A stretch of DNA of 64,000 nucleotides from Gammaproteobacteria bacterium (lineage in GTDB: Bacteria; Pseudomonadota; Gammaproteobacteria; Eutrophobiales; Eutrophobiaceae): contig OZ220714.1 of the NCBI GenBank assembly GCA_965116585.1, positions 2,396,115 through 2,460,114 of the forward strand, read 5' to 3'. The notes below the pieces were generated by a model that had not been told where the DNA came from, did not search any database, and saw only the letters and a list, made by a program, of their open reading frames with translations. This document shows, in pieces, positions 1 through 8,383 of the stretch (positions are counted from its first letter, which is position 1; every line of letters begins with the position of its first letter). A program made the position numbers and the translations under genes.

Positions 1-441
1 CTGCCCCCAGGGCAACAGGTAACCAAAGAACGCTTCGGCCATCAGGGTCAGGTAGATGAGCATGCCGATTATCCAGAGCAGTTCCCTGGGCCGTTTGTAG
101 GAGCCGTACAGCAAGGCCCGGTACATGTGCAGGTAGATTACGATGAAAAACGCCGAAGCGCCGGTGGAGTGCATATAACGTATCCACCAGCCCCATTCCA
201 CATCGCGCATAATGTATTCCACCGAGGCGAACGCATTTTCCGCGGACGGCTTGTAGTTCATGGTCAGCCAGATCCCGGTCACGATCTGGATGGCCAGGAC
301 CAACAGGGCCAGGGAGCCGAAGAAATACCAGAAATTGAAGTTTTTCGGGGCGTAATAGCGGGCCAGGTGGTCGTTCCAGAGTTGCAACAGGGGGAAACGC
401 GCGTCCACCCAGTCGCGCAATGCGATCAGGCTTTTAATCAT
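1..441 (-). CDS. petB: cytochrome b (bc1 complex), 5' part only; gene runs off window
   Basis: Reverse-complement of 381-441 translates MIKSLIALRDWVDARFPLLQ, a cytochrome b N-terminus. ATG at 441..439 overlaps the petA stop (ATGA). No stop before position 1. Confidence 0.8.
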   Translation of the reverse strand, partial: MIKSLIALRDWVDARFPLLQLWNDHLARYYAPKNFNFWYFFGSLALLVLAIQIVTGIWLTMNYKPSAENAFASVEYIMRDVEWGWWIRYMHSTGASAFFIVIYLHMYRALLYGSYKRPRELLWIIGMLIYLTLMAEAFFGYLLPWGQ

Positions 442-1043
442 GACTGCGCCAGACCCGAATCATCACCGATCAGGACCCGGGTATCGCTCAGGTACTGGTG
501 CGGCGGCACTACCAGGTTGGACGGCGCCGGCACGCCCTTGTACACCCTGCCGGCCAGATCGAAACTGCTACCGTGGCAAGGGCAGAAAAAACCGCCCTTC
601 CAGTCTGCGCCCAGGTCGTGAGCTTCTCCTTCTCCCTTTTTGGCATACACGGGAGAACAACCCAGGTGGGTGCAAATGCCGAGCACGATCAGGTATTCGG
701 CGCGCTGTGAACGGTACTCGTTCCTGGCATAAAACGGTTGCTGCTCGGCTTTTGAAGACGGGTCCTTCACCACCTCGTCCAGGCCGTCCAGGTCATCTAT
801 GGCCGCATCGTCGCGCCGCAGTATCCACACCGGCATGCCGCGCCATTTGACTATTTTCCGCTCGCCGACCGCCAAATCGCCAATATCCGCTTCCACCGGC
901 GCACCAATAGCCTTGGCCCTGGCGCTGGGCGTGAGTGTGGATACGAACGGCACAGTAGCAGCCAGCGCGCCGGCGCCGCCCACTACGGAAGCCGTGGTAG
1001 TAAGAAACCGGCGACGGTCGCCGTTAATGCCATCATTCCTCAT
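438..1043 (-). CDS. petA: ubiquinol-cytochrome c reductase Rieske iron-sulfur subunit
   Basis: RRRFLT twin-arginine signal; CTHLGC...CPCHGS Rieske motifs. ATG chosen at 1043 (MRNDGINGDRRRFL) with GAGGG Shine-Dalgarno upstream, rather than the 5'-most ORF start. Confidence 0.85.
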   Translation of the reverse strand: MRNDGINGDRRRFLTTTASVVGGAGALAATVPFVSTLTPSARAKAIGAPVEADIGDLAVGERKIVKWRGMPVWILRRDDAAIDDLDGLDEVVKDPSSKAEQQPFYARNEYRSQRAEYLIVLGICTHLGCSPVYAKKGEGEAHDLGADWKGGFFCPCHGSSFDLAGRVYKGVPAPSNLVVPPHQYLSDTRVLIGDDSGLAQS

Positions 1044-1257
1044 CGAACAAACCCTCGGAACCTCACAAGATAAAAACGCCAAGTATATCAGGTCAATCAT
1101 GAATTGGGAATTGCGCAGGCCCCTCCGCTCGTCATAGTGGACAGGGATTGCCCACTATCCAGTGACAGGGAGGCTAATCCCCCACCTGCAGATCCTGATT
1201 GTCTTACTACCGGTATTTATGCGATTATGAACGCACGAGGCGATTTGAACCGGAACA

Positions 1258-2043
1258 ATGATGAAACACAATTTAGTCTTTTGTATTTGCACAATCATCC
1301 TGCTGAGCAGCGGTTGCGCCTGGTTTGGTGACAAGGATGATGAAGCCAAAAACTGGACGGTGGAACGGCTCTACTCCGAAGCCAAGGGCGCGCTGGATTC
1401 CGGCTATTACAGCAAGGCGGTAGAGTACTACGAATTCCTGGAAACCCGCTTTCCGTTCGGGGTGTACGGACAGCAGTCACTGCTGGACCTGGCCTATGCC
1501 TATTACAAGACGGAAGAATTTGAGTCAGCCATTGCGGCCTGCGACCGTTTTATCCGCCTGTATCCCCAGAACATCCACATCGATTATGCTTATTTTCTCA
1601 AGGGTGTGATCAACTTCAACCGCGGCAAAGGCCTGACGGAACGCTTCCTGCCTATCGATTCCAGCCAACGCGACCAGAGTTCGGCGATGACGTCTTTCCA
1701 GGCTTTCTCCGAACTCCTGGAAAGATACCCCCAGAGCCAGTACGCCGAGGATGCAAAAAAGCGCATGGTGTTCCTGCGCAACCGCCTGGCCCGGCACGAA
1801 CTGCACGTCGCGGACTATTACATGAAACGCGGCGCCTACCTGGCAGCCATAAACCGCGCCAGAAACGTGGTGGAATCCTACCCGCGCACCCCCTCGGTAC
1901 CGGACGCCCTGGTGCTGATGGCCAAGGCGTACAAGGTGATGGAAATGCCCGACCTGTCCGCAGACACCGTGCGCGTCCTGGAACTGAACTACCCCAACCA
2001 CCACGGCATCTACGACGTCAGGGATATCGTGGTTGAGGATTGA
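1258..2043 (+). CDS. bamD: outer membrane protein assembly factor BamD (YfiO), lipoprotein
   Basis: LLSSGC lipobox; TPR-like BamD homology across the full length. Confidence 0.85.
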   Translation: MMKHNLVFCICTIILLSSGCAWFGDKDDEAKNWTVERLYSEAKGALDSGYYSKAVEYYEFLETRFPFGVYGQQSLLDLAYAYYKTEEFESAIAACDRFIRLYPQNIHIDYAYFLKGVINFNRGKGLTERFLPIDSSQRDQSSAMTSFQAFSELLERYPQSQYAEDAKKRMVFLRNRLARHELHVADYYMKRGAYLAAINRARNVVESYPRTPSVPDALVLMAKAYKVMEMPDLSADTVRVLELNYPNHHGIYDVRDIVVED

Positions 2044-2091
2044 TCCGCGTTATAAACGGGTAATGCCGGCAACATCAGCGTAATCGTCGAA

Positions 2092-3714
2092 CTATCTTTC
2101 CCGGTAACGCGAGGTAATCGGGTAGCGCCGGTCGCGGCCGAAGGCGCGTTCGGTGATCCGGACGCCGGGGGCGGCCTGGCGGCGTTTGTATTCGTTTCTG
2201 TCTACCAGGCCGGCTACCTGGTACACCGTATCCCGGTCGTAACCGTCTGCGATGATCTCGTCCGGGGTCCGGTCAAGTTCGATGTATTGCTCCAGTATCG
2301 CGTCGAGCACGTCGTAGCCGGGCAATGAATCTTCGTCTTTCTGGTCGAAGCGTAATTCTGCCGTGGGCGGACGGTCGATGATACGTTGCGGAATGATCTC
2401 CCCATTCCGGTTGCACCAGCGGGACAGTTCGTATACCAGTGTTTTCGGCACGTCCTTGAGTGGGGCGAACCCGCCGGCCATATCCCCGTACAGGGTGGCG
2501 TAGCCTACTGCCATTTCGCTCTTGTTGCCGGTGGTCAGCACCAGTTTGCCGGTCTTGTTGGAGACTGCCATGAGCAGCAACCCCCGGCAGCGCGCCTGGA
2601 TGTTTTCTTCGGTGGTGTCCTCGGGCAGGTCTTTGAACAGCGGCGCAAGAATTTCTGAAAAAGCTGAAAAGGGCTTTTCGATACTCACGAGATGGCAGGC
2701 AACGCCCAATCCGGCCGCCATTTGCCGTGCATCTTCCACACTCATGTGCGCGGTATAACGTGACGGCATCAGCAGGACTTCCACGTTTTCCGGCCCCAGC
2801 GCGTCCACGGCAACGGCCAGCGTCAGCGCCGAGTCGATGCCGCCGGACAGGCCGATCACCGCGCCCTTGAAGCCATTTTTCGTCACGTAATCCTTAACGC
2901 CCAACGTCAGCGCCCGGTACACGCACTCGTGGAAGTCCGGCAACGGGGGGTGCGGCGATGTGGCCGTCAGGGTGATGCGCCCGGCGTCCCGTTGCAGTTC
3001 CACCAGGTACAGGCCTTGCTCAAACTGCGGCGCCTTGAAGACAAACTCACCGCGGCTGTCCACGACCAGGGAGCCGCCGTCGAACACCAGTTCATCCTGG
3101 CCACCGACCAGGTTGACGTAGATGATGGCCAGGTTGCAGTCCAGCGCGCGCCGGTACAGCAGTTCCTCCCGTACCGCAGCTTTGTCGGTGTGGTAGGGTG
3201 AGGCGTTAATGTTGATCAGCAGTTCCGCCCCGGCCTGCGCCGCTTCCCGGGCGTGGTCTGCGTCCCACAGGTCCTCGCACACGCTCAGCGCGACCTTGCA
3301 GTGCGGGGTTGCCACCAGGTCCAACTCGGCGCCCTCGGCAAAATAGCGCTTTTCGTCGAATACCCCGTAATTGGGCAGGTTCCTCTTGTGGTAGGTGGCA
3401 GCGATCTCCCCGTCCCGGAGCAGGCTGCACGCGTTATACAGCTTTGCGCCGACCGGCCGGGGGTAGCCGAGGATGACGTCTATGCCCCGCGCCGCGCCGG
3501 CGACCCGCTGCAAGGCCCGCTCCACCTGTACGTGGCAATGCGGACGCAACAACAGGTCTTCCGGTGGGTAGCCGGTGAGAGCGAGTTCCGGGAAAATGAC
3601 GGTATCGGCGCCGGCAACGTCCCTGGCCTCGGTCATGTATTCCAGCACCCGCGCCGTATTGCCTTCCATGTCGCCGACACACAGGTCAACCTGGGCGATA
3701 GCGATCCTGTTCAT
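2092..3714 (-). CDS. nadE: glutamine-dependent NAD+ synthetase (nitrilase + NadE domains)
   Basis: 540 aa. N-terminal carbon-nitrogen hydrolase region plus C-terminal NAD synthetase SGGxDS P-loop. Confidence 0.9.
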   Translation of the reverse strand: MNRIAIAQVDLCVGDMEGNTARVLEYMTEARDVAGADTVIFPELALTGYPPEDLLLRPHCHVQVERALQRVAGAARGIDVILGYPRPVGAKLYNACSLLRDGEIAATYHKRNLPNYGVFDEKRYFAEGAELDLVATPHCKVALSVCEDLWDADHAREAAQAGAELLININASPYHTDKAAVREELLYRRALDCNLAIIYVNLVGGQDELVFDGGSLVVDSRGEFVFKAPQFEQGLYLVELQRDAGRITLTATSPHPPLPDFHECVYRALTLGVKDYVTKNGFKGAVIGLSGGIDSALTLAVAVDALGPENVEVLLMPSRYTAHMSVEDARQMAAGLGVACHLVSIEKPFSAFSEILAPLFKDLPEDTTEENIQARCRGLLLMAVSNKTGKLVLTTGNKSEMAVGYATLYGDMAGGFAPLKDVPKTLVYELSRWCNRNGEIIPQRIIDRPPTAELRFDQKDEDSLPGYDVLDAILEQYIELDRTPDEIIADGYDRDTVYQVAGLVDRNEYKRRQAAPGVRITERAFGRDRRYPITSRYRER

Positions 3715-3718
3715 TTCT

Positions 3719-4594
3719 TTAATCTGTCAGACGCGCCGCGATGGCCTCCCCGAGCCCGGCAGGCGAGCGCACGGTAGTGACGCCGGCGGCGTCCAGGGCG
3801 GCAAATTTGTCCTGTGCGGTGCCCTTGCCGCCCGAGATGATGGCGCCGGCATGGCCCATACGTCGTCCCGGTGGCGCCGTCACACCGGCGATGTAAGCCA
3901 CCACGGGCTTGCTCAGGTGTTGCCCGATAAACGCCGCCGCTTCTTCCTCGGCGCTACCGCCGATCTCACCCACCATGATGATGCCGGTGGTGTCCGCATC
4001 CTGCTCAAACAGGGCCAGACAGTCAATAAAGTTCATGCCGTGCACCGGGTCGCCGCCGATGCCGATACAGGTGCTTTGGCCCAGCCCTGCCAGCGTGGTC
4101 TGGTGCACCGCTTCGTAGGTCAGGGTGCCGGAACGGGAGACGATACCGATGCAGCCGGGCTGGTGGATGTGACCCGGCATGATGCCAATTTTGCATTGCC
4201 CGGGGGTAATGATGCCGGGGCAGTTGGGGCCGATCAGCCTGACACCGGGGCACAGGTCGATACTGGCGCGGGCGCGCACCATGTCGATGATCGGAATGCC
4301 TTCGGTGATGCAAATGATGGTTTTGATCCCGGCCTCGGCCGCCTCGGTAATGGCTTCCGCCGCAAACGCTGCTGGCGCCATGATCATGCTGGCATCCGCC
4401 GCGGTCTCCGCAACCGCTTCCTGGACGGTATCAAATACGGGCCGGTCCAGGTGGGTCTGCCCGCCCCGTCCCGGCGTGACGCCACCGACTACCTGTGTGC
4501 CGTATTCCATGGCCTGTTGCGCGTGGAAAGTGCCCTGGCGGCCGGTGAAACCCTGCACGATCAGCCTTGTATGCTTGTCTACCAGTACCGCCAT
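3719..4594 (-). CDS. sucD: succinyl-CoA synthetase alpha subunit
   Basis: [18 protein letters not shown]... SucD signature. The ORF-track start is TTG at 4684. ATG at 4594..4592 with GGGGAGAG Shine-Dalgarno is the likely true start. Confidence 0.9.
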   Translation of the reverse strand: MAVLVDKHTRLIVQGFTGRQGTFHAQQAMEYGTQVVGGVTPGRGGQTHLDRPVFDTVQEAVAETAADASMIMAPAAFAAEAITEAAEAGIKTIICITEGIPIIDMVRARASIDLCPGVRLIGPNCPGIITPGQCKIGIMPGHIHQPGCIGIVSRSGTLTYEAVHQTTLAGLGQSTCIGIGGDPVHGMNFIDCLALFEQDADTTGIIMVGEIGGSAEEEAAAFIGQHLSKPVVAYIAGVTAPPGRRMGHAGAIISGGKGTAQDKFAALDAAGVTTVRSPAGLGEAIAARLTD

Positions 4595-4618
4595 CAGTTC
4601 TCTCCCCGACAAGAGACC

Positions 4619-4770
4619 GCATTCCTCATCATGTGATACGCCCTCACTTGTCTTTGTCCCGCCGGCGGGCACGTGCTCCCTCAACCGTAGCTACGGCTAT
4701 GCTTTCGGTCGCAGGCACCCGCCGGCGGGACAAATCCTGCGCGATCATCGTATCACATGATGAGGAATGC
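4619..4770. repeat. nested-palindrome repeat element, copy 1: outer 22-bp perfect inverted repeat + inner 17-bp stem + conserved core GTGCTCCCTCAACC...GCAGGCACCC
   Basis: Outer IR GCATTCCTCATCATGTGATACG at 4619-4640 and its reverse complement at 4749-4770. Inner stem at 4656-4672 and 4715-4731. Core is shared with the copy at 28252-28359. Confidence 0.8.
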
Positions 4771-5927
4771 GGTCTGACCGCAACAACCTTGTCCGCGGCA
4801 TCACTCAGGCCATCCGCCGAAATAATCTTCAGGCCGCTTTCGTTGAGCAACGCCTTGCCTTCCTCAACCCGCGTGCCTTCCAGTCGCACCACTACCGGAA
4901 GCGTCAGGCCGGTTTCCCGCACCGCGTTGATAATCCCCTCGGCGATCAGGTCGCAGCGCACGATGCCGCCGAAAATATTGACCAGGATCGCTCTTACCCG
5001 GGTGTCGGACATAATCAGTTTGAAGGCTTCCGCCACGCGTTCCGTGGTGGCGCCGCCTCCCACGTCAAGAAAATTCGCCGGTTCGCCGCCGTGCAGCTTG
5101 ATGATGTCCATGGTCGCCATGGCCAGGCCGGCGCCGTTGACCATGCAGGCGATGTCACCGTCCAGTGCAACGTAATTCAGGTCGAACACCTTGGCCTTGT
5201 TTTCCTTCTCATCTTCCTGGCTGGGATCGCGCCAGCTTTCCAGTTCCGCCTGGCGGTACAGGGCATTGTCGTCAACGGCCACCTTGGCGTCCAGGGCCTC
5301 CAGGTCGCCGTCTGCGGTAATGACCAGGGGGTTGATCTCAACCAGGCTGAGGTCCTTGTCCACAAACAAGCGGTACAATCCTGACAGGATTTCAGCCAGT
5401 TGCTTGCCCTGGGCGCCGCTCAGCCCCAGGGCAACGCCCAGCGCCCGGCATTGATATTGCTGCAAGCCCATCACCGGGTCGATGGCAAACGTGAAGATCT
5501 TTTCCGGCTCGGTAGCCGCCACCTCTTCGATGTCCACCCCGCCGGCGGCAGAGGCCATCACCGCAACCCGGCGCTTGCCTCTGTCCACCAGCATGCCCAG
5601 GTAAAGTTCAGAGGCGATATCCGACAAGGAGGACACCAGCACGCAATTCACCGGTTTGCCGTCGGCGCCGGACTGTTTGGTAACCAGGACGCTTCCCAAC
5701 AGGTTGCTCACGTAATCTTCCAGTTCATCCTTGCCGTTGACCAGTCGCACGCCTCCGGCCTTGCCGCGCCCGCCGGCATGGACCTGGGCTTTTACCACCC
5801 AGCTTTTGCCACCCAGTTGCGCCGCGGCAGCCAGCGCGTCCTTGACGGAATGGGCGGGTTGCCCATCCGGCACGGGAATGCCATATTCCGAAAAAAGAAT
5901 TTTTGCCTGGTATTCATGCAGGTTCAT
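4644..5927 (-). CDS. sucC: succinyl-CoA synthetase beta subunit, with a repeat-encoded C-terminal extension
   Basis: [20 protein letters not shown]... ATP-grasp SucC. The canonical C-terminus ...AADKVVAV is followed by about 42 aa ([43 protein letters not shown]) encoded inside the palindromic repeat 4619-4770. Confidence 0.9.
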   Translation of the reverse strand: MNLHEYQAKILFSEYGIPVPDGQPAHSVKDALAAAAQLGGKSWVVKAQVHAGGRGKAGGVRLVNGKDELEDYVSNLLGSVLVTKQSGADGKPVNCVLVSSLSDIASELYLGMLVDRGKRRVAVMASAAGGVDIEEVAATEPEKIFTFAIDPVMGLQQYQCRALGVALGLSGAQGKQLAEILSGLYRLFVDKDLSLVEINPLVITADGDLEALDAKVAVDDNALYRQAELESWRDPSQEDEKENKAKVFDLNYVALDGDIACMVNGAGLAMATMDIIKLHGGEPANFLDVGGGATTERVAEAFKLIMSDTRVRAILVNIFGGIVRCDLIAEGIINAVRETGLTLPVVVRLEGTRVEEGKALLNESGLKIISADGLSDAADKVVAVRPHSSSCDTMIAQDLSRRRVPATESIAVATVEGARARRRDKDK

Positions 5928-5988
5928 TTCCTGAATACTCCTGGTACGGTATTATTGACGCTGTGTGTAAATGGTCGGGACTGTTAAG

Positions 5989-6205
5989 TGTGATACGCCT
6001 GTTAATTATTATCTTGTCGCTGGTGTTGTTGATTGCCCTGCTCAAGCGGTTCTTCTCCAAACGACTGCCCGAGCGGGACGAAAAACACATCGCAAAAATG
6101 GTTCAGTGCGATTATTGCCAGACCTACATCCCGCGTAGCTCTGCGATCAAACACGCAGCACGCTACTATTGCTGTGACGAACATAAGGGCACCTCTAAAA
6201 ATTAG
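5989..6205 (+). CDS. small membrane-anchored zinc-ribbon protein (one TM helix + CxxC...CCxxH)
   Basis: GTG start at 5989 gives VIRLLIIILSLVLLIALL...CDYCQTYIP...YYCCDEHKGTSKN. The last 6 codons lie inside a family-(iv) palindrome. Start is uncertain (ORF track begins at 5903). Confidence 0.45.
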
Positions 6206-6214
6206 AGGTTCCTA
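6189..6214. repeat. palindromic repeat, family AGGGCRCCTCTAAAAATTAGAGG
   Basis: aagggcacctctaaaaattagaggttcc supplies KGTSKN-stop to the upstream ORF. The same motif occurs at 8129-8160 (reverse orientation) and at 50353-50376 and 50436-50459. Confidence 0.7.
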
Positions 6215-6274
6215 TAAATCAATGGGGCCAGAGTAACACTTCTTCCGGTCTGTGTTGCAAGGGTGGTTCCTCCC

Positions 6275-6301
6275 GCCCATTCCTGCGCAAGCAGGAATCT
6301 C
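6275..6301. repeat. REP-like hairpin CCCATTCCTGCGCAAGCAGGAATCTC
   Basis: Stem TTCCTGC/GCAGGAA with loop GCAA. Near-identical copies at 33451-33473 (reverse complement), 55231-55250 (reverse complement), 55683-55708 and 55720-55746. Confidence 0.7.
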
Positions 6302-6336
6302 TTCATACAAGCTACCAGTCCCGCCTGCAGGAGATT

Positions 6337-7143
6337 TTACTTGCCAGGAATTATTCCGTCCAGTCTAGACTGGTTACGGATGATCTCCAACAGCCGATCA
6401 TGCACCGCCGGGTTGCCGGCGACGACGTTGCTGGAATTGCGCCAGGGTTCGCCGTTGTCCATGTCGCTGATGTAGCCGCCTGCTTCCCGTATGAGCAAGG
6501 CGCCGGCGGCGATATCCCATATTTCCAGGCCGTATTCCCAAAAACCATCCAGGCGGCCGGCGGCGACGTAGGCCAGGTCCAGCGCCGCCGCGCCCGGACG
6601 CCTGATACCGGCGGCGCCCTGGCTTACCTCCCTGAAAATCCCGATATAGGTATCCATTTTATCCAGCGTCCGAAAGGGAAAGCCGGTGCCGATGAGCGCG
6701 CCTTCCAGGGCGTCCCTGCGGCTCACCCGGATGCGGCGGCCGTCCAGGTGCGCACCGTCACCCCTGCTGGCGGTGAACAGTTCCTGGCGCAAGGGGTCGT
6801 AAATAATGCCCTGGTCCAGCACGCCTTTATGCTCCAGCGCCAGCGAAACCGCGAACTGGGGAAAGCCGTGCAGGTAATTCGTAGTGCCGTCCAGGGGGTC
6901 GATGATCCAGCGATAGTCACTGTCCCCCTGTGCGCCGCTCTCTTCGGCCAGTATGGCATGGTCCGGATAGGCTTTGCTCAGCACGTCGATGATGACCGCT
7001 TCGGCGCGCCGGTCCACCTCGCTGACAAAATCATTGCGACTCTTCGTGACAACTTCAATACCGTGCATCCGTTCCATGCAACGGACGATATAATCACCGG
7101 CAGAACGGACTGCGCGGATTCCCATATTCAACATCGGATGCAT
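6337..7143 (-). CDS. suhB: inositol monophosphatase family protein
   Basis: 268 aa with IMPase motifs (DPLDGT, WDxAAG). Confidence 0.85.
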   Translation of the reverse strand: MHPMLNMGIRAVRSAGDYIVRCMERMHGIEVVTKSRNDFVSEVDRRAEAVIIDVLSKAYPDHAILAEESGAQGDSDYRWIIDPLDGTTNYLHGFPQFAVSLALEHKGVLDQGIIYDPLRQELFTASRGDGAHLDGRRIRVSRRDALEGALIGTGFPFRTLDKMDTYIGIFREVSQGAAGIRRPGAAALDLAYVAAGRLDGFWEYGLEIWDIAAGALLIREAGGYISDMDNGEPWRNSSNVVAGNPAVHDRLLEIIRNQSRLDGIIPGK

Positions 7144-7163
7144 TTTAGTTTTCCTGCGGAAAA

Positions 7164-7317
7164 AATTAAGAATTAGGAATTAAGAATTAAGAATGGGAGT
7201 GTTGTATCACTATGTACCTTGTTCCTGCTTACTTAAAGCCTGCGACTCATAGTAAACTGTCGCCAAAAGCGGCACATTCATTCCTAATTCCTGATTTCTA
7301 ATTCGTAATTCTTAATT
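7164..7317. mobile_element. MITE-like element A with heptamer-array TIRs (AATTARG)n
   Basis: Left end aattaag aattagg aattaag aattaag aatggg. Right end cattcattcctaattcctgatttctaattcgtaattcttaatt is the reverse-complement heptamer array. The central ~80 bp is homologous to the centre of element C. Fills the suhB/trmJ divergent intergenic region. Confidence 0.7.
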
Positions 7318-7326
7318 GATTTTATC

Positions 7327-8067
7327 ATGCAGGTAAAAATTGTCCTGGTAAATACCACCCATCCCGGCAATATCGGCGCCGGCGCCAGGGCCATGAAGAC
7401 CATGGGTATGGAGCGCTTGGCGCTGGTATCTCCCCAGCGCTTTCCCAGCGCGGAGTGCACGGCCAGGGCCGCGGGCGCGGACGATATCCTCGCCCGGGCA
7501 GAGGTATTCTCCGACCTTGAGGAAGCGGTGGCAGACTGCGAACTGGTGTTCGGCACCAGCGCCCGCACCCGCAGCATTGCCTGGCCGGAAGTCACGCCGG
7601 AGAGCGCCGCGGCGCAGATACTCGATCATGTTGGCAGCGGTTCCCGCGCGGCAATCCTGTTCGGGCGCGAGAGTTCCGGCCTGTCCAACGAACAACTGGA
7701 AGTCTGCCATGCCATGATCCGCATACCGACCCACGCGGAATTCGCCTCTCTGAATATAGCTGCCGCGGTGCAGATCATCTGTTACGAACTCAACAAGCAG
7801 CGCCTGGCCAGGGAAGCCGCGAGTGGGGCAGGCTGCAATCCGTCCCTTGATGATGACGATACCGCACCCCCGGTCACGACCAGGGATATGGAATACCTGT
7901 ACGAACATTTCGAACGGACACTGGCCGACGTCGGCTACCTGGACCCGGAAAAACCCCGCCACCTGATGCGCCGCTTGCGCCGCCTGTTCAACCGCGCCCG
8001 GCTTGACGGCAACGAATACAACATTCTGCGGGGGATATTGACGGCAGTCGGGAAGAGCAGGGAGTAA
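7327..8067 (+). CDS. trmJ: tRNA (cytidine/uridine-2'-O)-methyltransferase TrmJ (SpoU family)
   Basis: MQVKIVLVNTTHPGNIGAGARAM... SpoU/TrmH fold, 246 aa. Confidence 0.85.
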   Translation: MQVKIVLVNTTHPGNIGAGARAMKTMGMERLALVSPQRFPSAECTARAAGADDILARAEVFSDLEEAVADCELVFGTSARTRSIAWPEVTPESAAAQILDHVGSGSRAAILFGRESSGLSNEQLEVCHAMIRIPTHAEFASLNIAAAVQIICYELNKQRLAREAASGAGCNPSLDDDDTAPPVTTRDMEYLYEHFERTLADVGYLDPEKPRHLMRRLRRLFNRARLDGNEYNILRGILTAVGKSRE

Positions 8068-8128
8068 TTTCGTCGCGGTCCGGAACGTCTTGCAAGCGGA
8101 AAATAACCCGTTGATACAGGCGGGTGCC

Positions 8129-8160
8129 CTGAAATTCTAATGTTTAGAGGTGCCCTGTAG
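8129..8160. repeat. palindromic repeat, family AGGGCRCCTCTAAAAATTAGAGG, reverse orientation; probable trmJ terminator
   Basis: Reverse complement reads agggcacctctaaacattagaatttcagggcacc. Lies about 60 bp after the trmJ stop. Confidence 0.55.
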
Positions 8161-8294
8161 TCTTTTCTCAATAAACCCTCACAACTGCATAATTTATAAC
8201 CCTTTGTCCCTTATCCCTTCTCGATTGCCTCGGACAGTCACACATAAGTGCCTGTAACGCTGGCAGATTTTTACGGAAAAGTTACAAGAATTGC

Positions 8295-8357
8295 TTGACA
8301 TAACCCTGTTTTGCTTTCTATAGTTAACAATTGTGGGAAAAAGTGGGTAATAGTGGT
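8295..8357 (+). promoter_or_regulatory. Pmra promoter (TTGACA-17/18-TATAGT) followed by three GTGG(G/T) direct repeats at 10-bp spacing (MraZ operator)
   Basis: TTGACA 8295-8300, TATAGT 8319-8324. GTGGG at 8333 and 8343, GTGGT at 8353. This matches the known MraZ-binding architecture upstream of dcw clusters. Confidence 0.6.
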
Positions 8358-8383
8358 ACTCAATGTGTTAAGGGGGTTTAAGA

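Noticed and set aside
1090-1257. Short inverted/direct repeats (catagtgg...ccactatc, gtgacaggga x2) between petA and bamD
   Set aside because: Stems of only 7 bp with no recurrence elsewhere in the window; ordinary promoter-region sequence.
4644-4700. The VATVEG peptide inside the sucC repeat-encoded tail resembling the native SucC ...VAAVEGK end
   Set aside because: The same GGTTGAGGGAGCAC core is present in the second copy far from sucC, so the similarity is coincidental to the repeat core, not a relic of the gene.
7164-7200. Heptamer tandem arrays as a possible CRISPR array or telomere-like repeat
   Set aside because: Units are only 7 bp, have no intervening unique spacers, and occur as short inverted pairs at many loci; no cas genes are present.
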